Of a stretch of 58,042 nucleotides of DNA, positions 11,113 through 24,416 are shown one piece after another. A program made the position numbers and the translations under genes. The stretch covers positions 167,806,746 to 167,864,787 of the forward strand of contig NC_068982.1 of NCBI RefSeq assembly GCF_001194135.2, in the 5' to 3' direction. The notes beneath the pieces are model-generated. The model saw only the letters and a program-made list of their open reading frames with translations. It searched no databases and had not been told where the DNA came from. This DNA comes from Octopus bimaculoides. Its lineage: Eukaryota. Position 1 is the first letter of the stretch; each line of letters opens with the position of its first letter.

Positions 11113-13632
11113 AGCGTTATTTAGTTACCTACTTTATATTCTGAGTACAACTAGAGGCGTGATCAACTTGTTCCATCACTCCGGAGTAGTGATATATATA
11201 TATATATATATATATATACTGGAGAAATTAAAATACTGGAGACAATTAAATCTAACGCAGCATTTCCACATAATGTATTGTTTAATGTTAGAAAATATTA
11301 TTATTGCACCAGGTAGCACATTTTCTTGCCTGAATATTTATTTGATGTGTCTATTACGTATTGGTACTTGGGTAAAATAATGAGTTTAATTTCTACATAC
11401 AAGAGATGCTTTCGGAAATAATACTAATTTAATGTAATCGCTTATAATTTCATGTCTTTATATGATATATCGTCCTTCAGCCCTGGCTAGGTGTTGAGAG
11501 AAAAATAAATAATTTTCCTTCTTAATTTGTTTGAACTATTTCAAATAGCTATTTTTCAAAGTAAAATGTTTGACAAAATTCAGAATTTTATGTTTAATCA
11601 ACTCAAAATTTCCCTAATAAATTTGACAAAAAAAATGACTGACAAACTCAGAACTTAAGAAGAACTAAACGAATTTTTAAAATCGTACTTTCATCTTTTT
11701 TAAGCAAAACCAGATATAGGCCCCCGTATTCTGACCTTTCTTTCTTCTCTCCACTGATATAATAAAATATTCTACTGTACTCTTTACAGACGTAATCTCA
11801 ATATTTTTACGTGAAGAAACTAAAGATGCGAATACAAGAAATGTACTGTTACGTGCATGTGGAAGTCCACGTTCTCACTATTTTAAGAAGGATTTCCAAT
11901 AGCTCCTTGTAGTTAGAATATTTGTGAATTCTTATAAATCTTTGAAATAAAGTCCAAATACACATTATGCTTCCCTTTGGGAACTACCCATCGTTTTTCC
12001 GAGATTTCTGACATCAGAAGATCATTCATTTGAGATCCAACAAATTTGCCAATCTTGCATTGATATCTCAGAGAGCTTTGGAAACAGGTAACTCCTCAAA
12101 AAGCTTCATTTTCAAAATATAAGGCTTACAACCTATTTTATCAATCCGAATCTTATATAAAGTGATAAATCATTTTCAGTCTCTACAAGAGGCCTCCTGA
12201 CAACATCATCGTTTATCATTCCTGGTTGTAATTCCTGTAGTGGTACTTACTGAAATTTATACAATGACCACCAATAGCTCTCCTATCTCGTAAATAAAGG
12301 AAACATTAATATTTTATATATTGATGTTGCAAATCAAGCATAAAGACAAGCATCTTGAAATCTCTATGCACCCCTGCATTGTTGATTTTGGAAAATAATG
12401 CTGAAGATTTTCGTAACCTTTTATTTGTGCCGTATATTAGAAGAGTTAGAGATGAATACGTTTCTCTGTTGTGCAGTAACAGACATTTAGTGTTGGGTAG
12501 TCTATGAACAGTTGTCATGCTTCAGTCCAAGAACTGTGAACAAACAATTCCTGTCTTGGCAGTAACACAAATCTCCACGAAATTCAACGTATGGTGCAAA
12601 TTATGTATATTTTCCAGTACATAATAGTACTAAAATCTTAACCTATTTAATCCTTTCTTTTTAGTCTTGATTCCGAAGAGTTTATTCTCCTTCATTTCAC
12701 TATACTTTATAATACAAGGGTGGCGTTTCTTCAGTTCTCTGCATATTCTAAAAAGGAAATGACATAGTTCTCTTCTCACCTCTTAAGCGTCTTCTCCTAG
12801 AATAGGCTGATAACTTCTACATATTTAATGAGGGCCCCAAGATTCATCTTGGTCACTTATAGGCATTTGAAAGTACCGTATATGCCACCTAGCATTTGAC
12901 ACTTTCCCAATATTATGCGATACCCACTTGGTATCTGTATAATAGGATGTAACTGTCACATTTTTGTTTTCACTGTTTGCCATATTCCATAAAGGTGATT
13001 CACAATTCTAAAAAACGATCTGAAAAAAAAAAAAATTGTTTGATATGGAGGTGATAGGGCTATTTTCTACTTTGTAACTAGTTAAAAAAAAAAATACGAA
13101 TCAGATTTATAATTGTAAGTCGGTAATGGTTGGTGATAGAGAAAAACTATTACCATGTTTAGAATCAGCGGCCTAAATTTAGTATTAAGCAGAGAGCAAA
13201 ATCGTGATAAACACAAATTTTGTTTTCTCTTTCTACAGCAATTTTATGTGTATAGACACTTATGTAAGTAAAACGATATGCTTGTATGTAAAACAATTAC
13301 AGCTATGCATTTATATTCTCTATCAGTTTAAGGCAGATTCAGATAATTCTGTGAACATTTGGAATGAACCATTTACATAATTTTTTTTCTTAGAAAATAA
13401 TTGAGATACGCAATGTTACTTGCTCAATATTAATTATGATGGTTATTTGCCAAAATATCAATTCCATATACTGACATTCATGCTACACACACACGCGCGC
13501 ACGCGCGCACACACACACTTTCTTTCTATCTCTTACATACATATCTCTTTATGCCTTTAGGTACATATATGAGTTCTCTGATATAATTTTCCTTTCGTTC
13601 ATCACTTCGATTTACTCATTTTTTGCGTTATA

Positions 13633-13634
<2 letters not shown>

Positions 13635-13678
<44 letters not shown>
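13635..13678. repeat. (GT)n microsatellite
   Basis: Direct read. Confidence 0.97.
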
Positions 13679-13679
<1 letters not shown>

Positions 13680-15089
13680 ATTGTTTGAAGTGGTATACAG
13701 ATTTTATATATTACGAAAAAGGATGTAGTCAGAATTTTGGAGAATTATTTATTCAGCACTTTCTGCAATACCAGAGCAATCCATGGTAAAAGCGGCGCAA
13801 GCCTCTAACTCTTTGCCTTGTTCTAAACATCAATTCATGGCCTCAAATAGGGGCCGTATCAGATATAAGGGTGATAAGAACATATGCTGCACGTTCGCTT
13901 TATGTTGAAAGTGCAATTACAAAGTGATAAAGTTTTAGAATGAGCACGGGAGGATATGCCGAGCGGGGATGTTTTGTAAATAGTTCGTTCACACACACAC
14001 GTGTAGATGAAGGCGATTCCTCACCTTTATTGTCACTTTTGACAGTAAAGGTAAAGACTCGTCATCATATGATTGCAGCAGCATGATGCGCTGTCTGTGG
14101 AAGAGTCTTTATGTGCAAACTTCAGAAGCATAAATTCACATACGAACAACATTATAATGATAAATGAGGTGAAATACGTGTTTATACCAGCTTTGATAAT
14201 AGCTATGTTTATGCCATAGTCAGAATTCTATTTTGGTAGTAAAATTTCAAGAAAATATTACTTTAGTAAATATACGTTCTTTATTTATTGAAATAGTAAG
14301 GCACAAGTTAAATAAATCTAGATTTTGAATTGACTTCTTTAACAGCATTTTCTTTTTATATATTTTCCTGATTATCATGTTGAGCACTACATAATTGACT
14401 AAACATTCACATAGGATAACTAACATTACAACGTATTAAATTAATATTACGACACCAAATTGATAAAATCGTGGTTGTGTTACTATTGCAGTCACCATCG
14501 TAGCCACCATTGTCGTCATTACTATCGTCTCTCTTTGTTCTGCTTGTTGGTGTTATTTCCTTGTCTCTCATTTGAAGCTCCGTTATGGTATCTATATATC
14601 ATCGAGACCTATTACAATCTCGATTCTCTCTTTGATATGCAATCTGTGTAGGTTATATTAATGTTACAGTTTTGAAATACTCCATAAGTCATTCAAATTC
14701 TAATGCTGATAAAGCTTATGCAGAGATAAATGTTTCGCATCGATCAATACCAATAACAGAAACGATGTTGATGTAGTCCGTTACAATTCTTCTTGACTAA
14801 TCCACGTCTGTGCGCTAGAATAATAACTATTTAAATCTTACGAAATTATTGTCGATTCATTGTGAATTCATCCTCTAGGCTGGCAAATGGTCTATTGCAT
14901 GTTGTTTTCCTCATGACGGGACTTAAATCTAGGACGGCAAGCGAACGAATTACTCGTAAAGTAGACTTTGCTGACACTTCTTGGAGCTTCGAACTGGTCG
15001 TAGGGTAATATTTAAAATTTGGTGTAATGGATAATTTTTGAATGAAGAATATTACACTTACTGTTTTACTTGTTCCAGTCATTTAAATG

Positions 15090-15260
15090 TGACCATGCTG
15101 GAGCTTAGTTTGTAGAGTTACACAAACAATCTACTCCACTGCTTATTTTATGTCTGATACTTTCCCAAACCGCTAAGTTGGTTTGTTAACCAACACCAGA
15201 TGTCAAATAGGGCTGGAGAGCAAAGACACACCCATACACAAATAATATATACGTGTGTGC
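15090..15260 (-). mobile_element. SINE family C, 3' part (decayed)
   Basis: TGTGACCATGCTGGAGC...CCAAACCGCTAAGTT resembles the 3' parts at 46180 and 52262. Confidence 0.6.
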
Positions 15261-15287
15261 GTGTATGTGTGTGTCCGTATGCGTGCG

Positions 15288-15626
15288 TGAAGGCACATGG
15301 TTCAGTGATTAGTGTCGGGTTCACAGTTATGAGGTAGTGACTTTGCTCTAGTTTCACGTTGCTCCAGTTTCACGCTGCTCCAGTTTCACGGTGCTCCAGT
15401 TTCACGCTGCTCCAGTTTCACGTTGCTCCAGTTTCACGTTGCTCCAGTTTCACGTTGCTCCAGTTCACTCAACTGTAGATATGAGCTGTATTGGCCTTTG
15501 CTTTTCCCCTGAATAACATTGGTAGCGTGGAGAAGGGAGACTAGTAAGCATGCGTGACGGCTGGTCTTCCATAAACAGCCTTGCCTGGACCTGCGCCTCA
15601 GAGGGGAACTTTCTAAGTGCAGTCCA
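15288..15626 (+). mobile_element. tRNA-derived SINE, family D
   Basis: GAAGGCACATGGTTCAGTGATTAG head; TTTCACGTTGCTCCAGTTCACTCAACTGTAG matches the reverse complement of 52105-52140. Confidence 0.7.
15351..15462. repeat. 16-bp minisatellite, 7 copies (GTTTCACGTTGCTCCA), inside SINE D
   Basis: Seven contiguous units; three differ at one position (T to C or G). Confidence 0.95.
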
Positions 15627-15632
15627 CACACA

Positions 15633-16888
15633 CGAGGTGTACCCAAAAGAAACCAGAATTTTGTAATATCTTATTCACTTAGTTTTACATGTTTATACTT
15701 TTAACACATTCAAAGTATTCTCCATTTGAAGCGATGCATTGGTCCAAACGCATTTTCTACTGTTCGAAGCAGTCCTGAAGCTCCTTCGAAGTGATGCCGT
15801 TTAACGCCTCCGTCGTTTTTTTTTCTTCACCTCTTTTTCATTCGAGGGAACAGAAAAAAGTCGCAGTGAGCAAGATCACAAGATCGGGCGAATAGAGAGT
15901 TGGTTAGCGAGGTCATGCTATTTTTGGCAAAAACTCCTTTACGCTCAAAGCGGTGTGCGCAGGCGCATTGTCTTGATGAAACCACAACTCTCCACTTTTC
16001 CACTGGTCGGGGACTTTTCGTTTAACCGCGTCTCACAAACGCTTCAGAACTGTTAAATGTCTGGTTAGCAGTTTGATGAGGAGGAATAAATTCTGTGTGA
16101 AAAATTCCTTTCGCATCAATGGAACAAATCAGCATCGTCTTGACATTGGACTTCATTTGACGCGCTTTTTGTGGGTGTGGTAACATTGAATGCTTCCATT
16201 GACTACTGCTCCGTTTCCGGATCGTAGCCGTAGCGCCAGCTTTCGTCACCAGTGATGACTTACGGAAAAAGGTTCCGATCGACTCCCAACTGTTGTTTCA
16301 GTTCATGACACGCATTCAGTCGTGACTACTCTTGATCTTCGTGGGCAAGCGAGACACAAATTTTGCTGGAACTCTTTTTCATTCGCAATTCCTCGCTCAA
16401 AATTCGCTGCTGTATCCGTTTTAGGATATAACAATCATATTAACAAGTTCGCCAATTGTTCGGTGATGGTCCTCCAAGATCGGTTCATTAATTTTCATGA
16501 TGTTTTCATTTGGTCGGAATGCCGACGGTCGCACTGAATGAGGTTGGTTTTCAAACGACAAATGGACCGTCCTAAAGCGTGAAAACCAATCGTAAACTTG
16601 TCTTTCGCTCATGACATCATCTTTGTAAGCTGTTTGAAGCAAGACTACTGTTTCGGCCGTCGTTTTCCCCAGCAAAAAACAGGATTTCACGGAAGCACGA
16701 TGTTCCTTCGTTTCAGCCATCGCAAAAATTGACGAACAGGGGTGAAGCACTGCAAAACAAAGATGCACCACGTGGCATCACGACTTCCCTCGACGGCACC
16801 AGTTGGCAGCCTGATGTCCGGTGGAAGCCTGATCTACAACGGGCTTGCCCCACAGAGAAAGTTTCCAGTTGCTTATGGGTACCCCCTC

Positions 16889-16889
<1 letters not shown>
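15633..16889 (-). mobile_element. Mariner DNA transposon, defective (second family)
   Basis: Imperfect TIRs CGAGGTGTACCCAAAAGAAACCAGAA / TTTCCAGTTGCTTATGGGTACCCCCTCG; ORF pieces MAETKEHRASVKSCFLLGK...VYDWFSRFR (16421-16771) and SSQWK...KARQMKSNVKTMLI (16022-16249). Confidence 0.92.

Positions 16890-16950
<61 letters not shown>
16890..16950. repeat. (TA)n(CA)n compound microsatellite abutting the mariner terminus
   Basis: Direct read. Confidence 0.95.
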
Positions 16951-17107
16951 GACAGAATTCCAGCTTCTGTTTAAAATATCGACAAGGTATTAGTCGGCCC
17001 GGGTCTGTAGTGGAAGTCACTTTTGTAAGGTTCCACGCAGTTGGAGTGAATCCGAAATTACGTTATTGCAAAGCGAACTTGTTAATCATACGGCTATTGC
17101 TGTGCCT
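16951..17107 (-). mobile_element. SINE family C, 5' head (decayed)
   Basis: TAGTCGGCCCGGGTCTGTAGTGGAAGTCACTT...CCACGCAGTTGGAGTGAA matches 46470-46530 and 52495-52560. Confidence 0.7.
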
Positions 17108-19882
17108 ACTGATAAAAATGCTGTGGTTTGAATAAAATACATAAAGTCTAAATTTTGTATAAATGAGCACTACCCCATCCATACAACAATTCGCTGTCTC
17201 TTCAACAACAACTTGGCTTTGTGCACTAAAATGACTATGATGAACTTCGTCACTAATAGTACTTCATCCAAATTTAGTAAGAAGTCTACTAAGTCATTTC
17301 TACCCTCATACTCGGATTAAAATCTTAAATAATGTTTTAAATTTGGTGTATAAATGTTATTCATTCATATTCAATCAGCTTTGATTTTTTAGTTATAAAC
17401 TAATAAAGGAAATAACCATTACTGTATTTGTTTCAGATCTCAAAGTTCTGATTTCAACTACTGAGGTCAACTTAGCCATTTCTCCTTCCGGGTCGATTTT
17501 ATGATATTCCAATCTAGAGTAGTAGATTGGTGTAATTTGTAGAGCATTGGACAAAATTCCTCTTGTCTTTGATGCGGCTAAATAAATCAAAGGGGTTTAA
17601 CCGTTTCGCACAAACAAGTGTGACACACGATTTGTCCAGTCGATAAGACAATGCCTTATGAAACAAAATAAATTAGATGAAAATAGAGGTTACAAGAAGC
17701 CTAGTTATGCGTTCAACCACAAAAATTTCATGACTAAAACATAGTTTACTATGGAAGCCACCTATATGTCGTCCATGGAAGTGGTGATGCAGAAAGAGAG
17801 GAGTCATGCTCATATAGTTTGATCACATAAGTATACGCATGTTTAAAGGTGTATGTGTGGATATGCATCTATGTCACAGTTGTGCACGCATTTTATGTCT
17901 ATATATACAGATATGCTAGTGTGTGTGTGATTACCCAAGGAAGGCGCAGCCTTCCTGATGAAAGACCACATTTCTGATGAAAGACCACATTTCTGTCTAT
18001 CAATTACATTGAATAAATGTGAGATTTGAGTCAATAAGTATTTGAGACAATTTTCAGACAACCTTCAAAGCATCCCGAAATAATCGTTTCCTGTCTCATT
18101 ATTTTTACTCAAGAAATTTCATTTTATTTAAAAGAAGTTTCAAAATGTTAATTATTTTATATGATCATATTTTTTTGTGAAGCATCATTACCTTCTCTCT
18201 AGGATTTTTATTCAGTTTTCATTAAATATTTTCGTTCATTCACTGGTGTCATCAAGAGGTTATTATTCTCTGAAATGATGGATTGTGCTTAACGTTCTAT
18301 TGCACAAAAGATATCAAATATGATGGTGGTATTGCTATTATGACGTGTGGAATAATAATTCGAATATTAAAACTGTGAATTACATTATATTGTTTTGTTT
18401 TGTTTTAGATTCATCGGTTCATAATTTTGCTTTTTGTATATGCATTTTATATTGTTTGTGCAATATGTGAATATCGAAAGGCTTCTATTTTATATAAATG
18501 TGCACTTATTCACGAGAACTAGCTGATTAATTTACAGGTAATGAATAAAACCGGGTGTTAAATAGTTAATGACAGTTAAGATGAATAGCTACCAGATACT
18601 TAAAGTGAAATAACAAGCATTCATTGTTTGTGCTTACAGAAGAATTTGCATAAATATACTTTGTCTAAAAGATATATAAACTATTGATGTGTTTTGTAAA
18701 CATCTTAAAATTTTCAATACTATAATTTTGGGAATCTAACGAAGTGTGAATAATTGTTAAATGATTGCTAGGACAATAACAATTTAAATAAGGATAATTT
18801 CCATAATTACTGAAATATAGATTTCTCTAAGCTTGGTACAAACTAATTTCCGTGAAGACAGGTCATATATTCGATTGATTTTTACTTCATTATATTACTT
18901 GTATTTGTTCCATCGATCCTATTGAGATGAAAGGTATCTGGTATAATGATATTTGAAAGTATCAAACGTTAAACTGTACAAATTTAGCATTTTGATAATA
19001 GGCTTAATCAGGCGATTATAAATGTTTGGTGCTGTAAATTATCTAAAATATACGTATGTTATCTCAACAGTACATACACTTTAAATATTTTCTTTCAACA
19101 AGATAGAAGGTGCAGTCCTTTTAAGGATCTGTAGGTCTAAAATTGTCTTAACAGATGTTTATATATTACTGTTTCATATTGTATCGCCCACATAAAGATG
19201 AAACCAATTATTATTCTTTCTTAATACGATTTGTATCCCGAACAAGCTGCTATAAAGCATCTAATTTGTGGTGAGCAACAAGGTTTGGCAAACTAGAACA
19301 GTTAACACTGTGAAGGAGAAGAAGCCTACTTTTGCTCCTTGTGTTCGTTGAGTATAAATATCCATATTTTTAATTAAGTTCTAAGTTAACTTTAGGGCTT
19401 TACACATTTATTAAAAAAATACGCTCTTTCGCATTTTCTATTATTATCTGGTTAACAACCTTTTCTCATTATTCATATATACAAATGTATCAAGTTGTTT
19501 TGGTTTAACCTTGAAAGTAGACTCTTCTAATAAGGACAATAGACATTTCAATGGAAGCCAATGAAAATGGCTCTAAATCCGAAATCTCAAAATTCCAATA
19601 TAACTCTGAAATTAAAGTTGAACTATGAGAAATAGATTGGCGTCACAATATTGGGGAGCAAAACAAAATTTACTCACTCAGAAATTCTGAATACCGTAAA
19701 TCTGTTATGTAATATTTAATACTGTTAATTTAAAAACATGATGGTATTCTGAAAGACAGGCAAATTCTCAAGAGAAAACGTTTAGAGAGCATCTTTATGC
19801 GCTCCAACAGAGTTTTACTTCACCTTGAGACATCATCTCAATACATCCAATAGTATTTTTAAGTTTCAAGAAGTTAATTTAC

Positions 19883-20070
19883 AGGTGTTGGCTGGACTAC
19901 AGGTCAGAAGTATTTCGTCTGTCCCTACGTTCTGAGTTCAAATTCCGCCGAGGTTGTCTTTATCATTCATCCTTTCAGGGTAGATAAAATAAATATCAGT
20001 TGAGCATTGGATTCGATGGAATCGACTTGGCCCCTCCCTTAAAAATGTTGCTTTAGGCCCTTAATGTGAA
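19883..20070 (+). mobile_element. SINE family A, decayed
   Basis: CTACGTTCTGAGTTCAAATTCCGCCGAGGTTG...GATAAAATAAATATCAGTTGAGCATTGG. Confidence 0.8.
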
Positions 20071-21329
20071 TATTAAGGAACATTTATGTGATGTCTAAAG
20101 ATACCATAACTAAATAATTTATGGCAATCTCGCCGTTTCAACACATACGAAATGCCAAACTGAATTTTATTCTATATTTTCTTATTCATCGCACCTTCAC
20201 CAAGCATTTTCTTCGAGGTACTAACAATTCTGCCAGCTCACCGCCTTATGTTCAACATAAGTAATAACAAACGTGATTCACAGAAAACACAGAAGAGCCG
20301 ACACAGAGAACAGGTCCATCAGATATTGAAGATCGTTGTTGAGGAACGAATTTCACTGTAATGGGTAAGACAGATTTAAACCATAGAGAAGATGCTTTAG
20401 CATATGATAGTTTAAAGAAAGTAAAGATCCAAAAGTAAATACAAAGAAATTAGAAGATTGTCTTGTGATTTACCGTCGTAAAGATTGAATTTCTCAATAC
20501 ACACGTGGTGTACTGTGTAGAGTTTTCCAGTGTGTATATAAGGATAGAGAAATAGAGAAAAAGCGAGGGCTAGAGAGAAGGAGAAGAAAAGAGGTGGCGA
20601 ACAAATGGACAAAATGATAAGTAGGTAGGTAGATAGATCGATAGACAGTATATGGTTCTGGTAGAACAAGTGCAGGGGCTGCAGTGGTTCACCATGGGAA
20701 AAAACCAGCATTGTGAAGAAGGAAAACAAAAAAGAATTCTTTTTGTCTGTCATATCTAAACTATCTAGCAAGCATAAGAAGATATGAACATGTTCTTGAC
20801 TACACGTTTTTTCAAACCATCACATCTGCTCCCAACTTCATTTATTCACCACCGCACAAACTTTAGACACCATTTCGATTCAATATCATCATGTTAAAGA
20901 ATATTATTCTTTTAGTTATTGATATAATGAAAGCAAATTGTTGCAAAATGCTATACTCGATATATTTTTATTCTGTTTCTTATACGAAATTTCCTGTTTA
21001 CTTTCTCTTTATTATATTGTATGAGACTCCACATGCATATATGCATGCAAACAGACATAAATTCATGCATACATGCATATGTGTATGTATGCACTATTTA
21101 CATGCTGTGTCTATAGAAAGGGGTGCGCCTAGGTCCTTTGCAGGTCTTCTAAAACAGATGTGATTTATGCCATTAATGTTCTTTTTCGAATCATTTTAAG
21201 ACAATACACGTGAAAAAGATGAGCCGATAAGAGATTCCTACGGGCCAACATTCTCGAAAGGAAAGACCAAATATAGTGGTTAGTGAAAGACCGGGGGAGC
21301 CGAACACAACAAAGGTAATAAGAAGAGAG

Positions 21330-21620
21330 GCAAGTAGAGCAGAGATGGTTGTGTGAAGGTGGCATAATATCTGCCAGTTCAAAGAAACAGAGTCCACTAA
21401 AATAGTAATCGAAACAGTAGAGGCAAAGGAGATAGCATGTTAGTGGCCAAAGGCTAAATCGTGTCTTTGAATGACGAAAAACCTGATAATTGCGGTTCAG
21501 GAATAGGATGACCCAAATAAGAGATATTGCTAAACATATAATATCAAGCCGAATTAAGTTTGATGAGACCATCAATGATATGCTAGTCGGATATTCTATA
21601 CTGGCTGGATTAAAATATGT
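21330..21620 (+). mobile_element. Highly decayed R4/Dong-like ORF remnant
   Basis: By-eye similarity (WHNICQ..., KFDETINDMLVGYSILAG resembling the DETIxHxxSGCxxLA knuckle region); many stops. Confidence 0.35.
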
Positions 21621-24416
21621 TTTTCTGATCATAATGATACACTTACACCTTTAGTCCCTTCTACTATGACATATTTCTGCTCCGATAATGCTCTACTTCA
21701 CTCCTCTTGGGATATTACAAAGCATTCTACGACGGTGAAGCAATGGTTTCACATATCAAGGACATTTTTGACTGCATAATCTCACACACTATTAAAAACC
21801 TAAAAGTCGCGATCAGCTGAGAAAGTATTTGCGTAGTCGTGGAGTATGTTAAAATCAACAGCTAAATCTCCCTCAAATCAAACACTACCGTCTTAAAAGC
21901 AATCATATTAAGATATCAGAATAATACAATTGCAGATAACATTGTCATAGTTGGAATGTATTTTATCATACTATGTATTTAGTATGATAATACTATGTAT
22001 TTGATCCTACGACGAACTTAATCCCTCGATCGTCTATGTAGTGGATATTAAATTACAGCAGATCCCATTCACCTCTGAGATACATATATCACGGAAGTTG
22101 AAGTACTTGGATAGATTTTTTGGTGAGCAAACCAAACGCTAAATATATATGTTACTACGACGTTCGACAACGAGCCATTCCATTTATGTTATCTCTTCAA
22201 AACGAGGGGGTAATAAGACTATTGGAAAATAAGTGTATTGACCAATCACACAATACAGCGCTGCTGGAAGGAAATAACTACTGATTAATAAGCATTTGTA
22301 AGCTACTTGTTAATTACTCTATACTCTCAGTTGTTCGTGATTCCTTTAAGTAGCAACTATCACACCGTCTATTAAATATAGATCATTATTTACTATTATT
22401 GAAATGGTAAAATTATGCCAGCAAGCTGTATTCTTCAAAGGAAGCAAAAGCGATAATTGTAGGAGAAATATCAAGGACAAAAAACTTAATATAGATTGTA
22501 GATAGAATAAATTTCTCACTTGAAACACGAATGGAAAGAAGAAAAATTAGTTTTTGCTTCTTTTGTACATTCACTATGTTAAGAATAAGAAGGAGTCATT
22601 TCTTCTTCTCTCCTTTCTTTCCCCATTTCCCTCTTCTTCTCCTCGCTGTTTATTTTTTTCTTCTTATTTTGTCCCGTTCCCCCCTTTCTTTTCTTCCCCT
22701 CTTACTCTTCTACTCTCATGTTCTCATACCCGTTAATGTGATAATAATAATAAAGACTATTATATTCTCCACCTATTTGTTTATCCTTAGTTATTTCAAT
22801 TATAGTAAATAACACTTGCATAAAATATTTCTGTTCTTAAGTAAATCCTTCTATAGCGTTAGACCAGAATGTAGATAAATGTAGTCTTCTCAATCATGTC
22901 CAATTTTAGAAGGTATTCATCTATGTCACATGCAAAATTGTTAGGTGCTTTATTTAAATATACAGGATGTTTTCACTTACTATGACTATGTTTTTTTCAG
23001 TGTAGTAGGTGCCAGTTGGCGAAGAAGTCAGAGAGAACTGAACTTATTTTTTGAAGAACATGAACGATATTATAGTTAAATACATCTTATATATTTATGT
23101 ATGCGCCTTTTAATCAATGAAAAAAAAATAATAATAAACTACTGTGTGTATAAAAAATATGCCTTCGATATCTTCTACGTCAATATTTTCCAACGAAGAT
23201 GGATGGAAGTATATTACAGATAAAACTGTGAAAACATAGAAGGAAATCGAGAAATAGCGAAAGTTTATAATTACAAGAAATACTCATCAGTCACTCTCGC
23301 ACATAAAACTTTCAGATACATAGATTCAAATCTAGTTACACATATTCTAAGACTAACACTGGGATATAAGGAGTCACACCTTTTCGTATCCATACTAATG
23401 CACACAAAGGCAGTCGCTCTCAAGCAATCACGCATGTATGCTGTTTTACTAAAACACATATACATGCATACACACACGCATACAAACATGTACGTACAGA
23501 GCAGCGATTTCAAAAAAAAAACAACAACATACAGCGTCACTTTTACACAAACACCTACAAATGTACACAAACACACATTCACAGTTGCTATAATACACAA
23601 TTGTCATAGTAAAAACTGTATTCTCACTTTTGTACACAAACAATCTTTATATTCACAAATATGCACATGGGATTGATCTCATTCGAAACTCTGACAATAG
23701 GGCTTGCCTTAACCTATTACCTCGTCATATAGTGAACATGCACTTAGCAAATTAAGTAAGTATTTGCACTTTTTACATAAACAGAGAAGAGTAGTTGAAT
23801 TTATTGCTGAAAATTAGCGAAACATTTGTCACTTTGTCAGTGTTTGTGCCTCTGTTTACACGGTAAGTTGTTCCTACTCTAAGGTATCTATTCCCGGACA
23901 GAACGATTCCAACAGAATAAAGTATGCGCACTGCTTTCCATGCTATTTCTAATGTATATCTCGAAAATAATTAAAAAATGTTTGACAATGAAATGCTGAA
24001 TCCCTGGAAGCAAAATACATGATTGTGAGCTTCAGGTTACCAAATAAATATTACTTATGTTAATTTATGATTTTTAGTCCCACTCTTGCAGATGTTTCAA
24101 AACTTTCTAGTGGTTTTCGAGCTGTCGAGTAGTTTTCATTTAAAGTTGCAGTGTTATCAGCAAAGGTTAATGTGGTAATTTCTATAACAGGAAATTTATG
24201 GGACAAGTGTTGGACAACTTTCACGTAAGTTATATTATCTACGTTAATGAGAATCTAACCAGATACTGCATTAGTTTAATGGAAGTGTTCAGCTCGTAAT
24301 GTATTGGACCCAATAGCAAAAGCGGATTGGCCAATGTTGGGAAAAGATATTTTCGTTCAGAATATCTCTTGTCGAAAAGGTAAAGGATGACAAAGAGAAA
24401 AAGAAAAAAAGATCTA

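Noticed and set aside
12250-12290. Minus-strand CA|GTAAGT donor with a short upstream exon
   Set aside because: It needs either a rare GAG acceptor or a non-3n length; no supporting homology.
13485-13520. Alternating CA/CG tract (Z-DNA potential)
   Set aside because: A common microsatellite variant seen several times here (about 2445, 46670); nothing specific to this site.
17943-17995. CTGATGA twice, possible hammerhead
   Set aside because: It is a 19-bp tandem duplication with no properly placed stem II plus GAAA core.
21165-21632. 155-aa minus-strand ORF
   Set aside because: No recognisable domain, and it is antisense to a decayed retroelement-like purine-rich tract.
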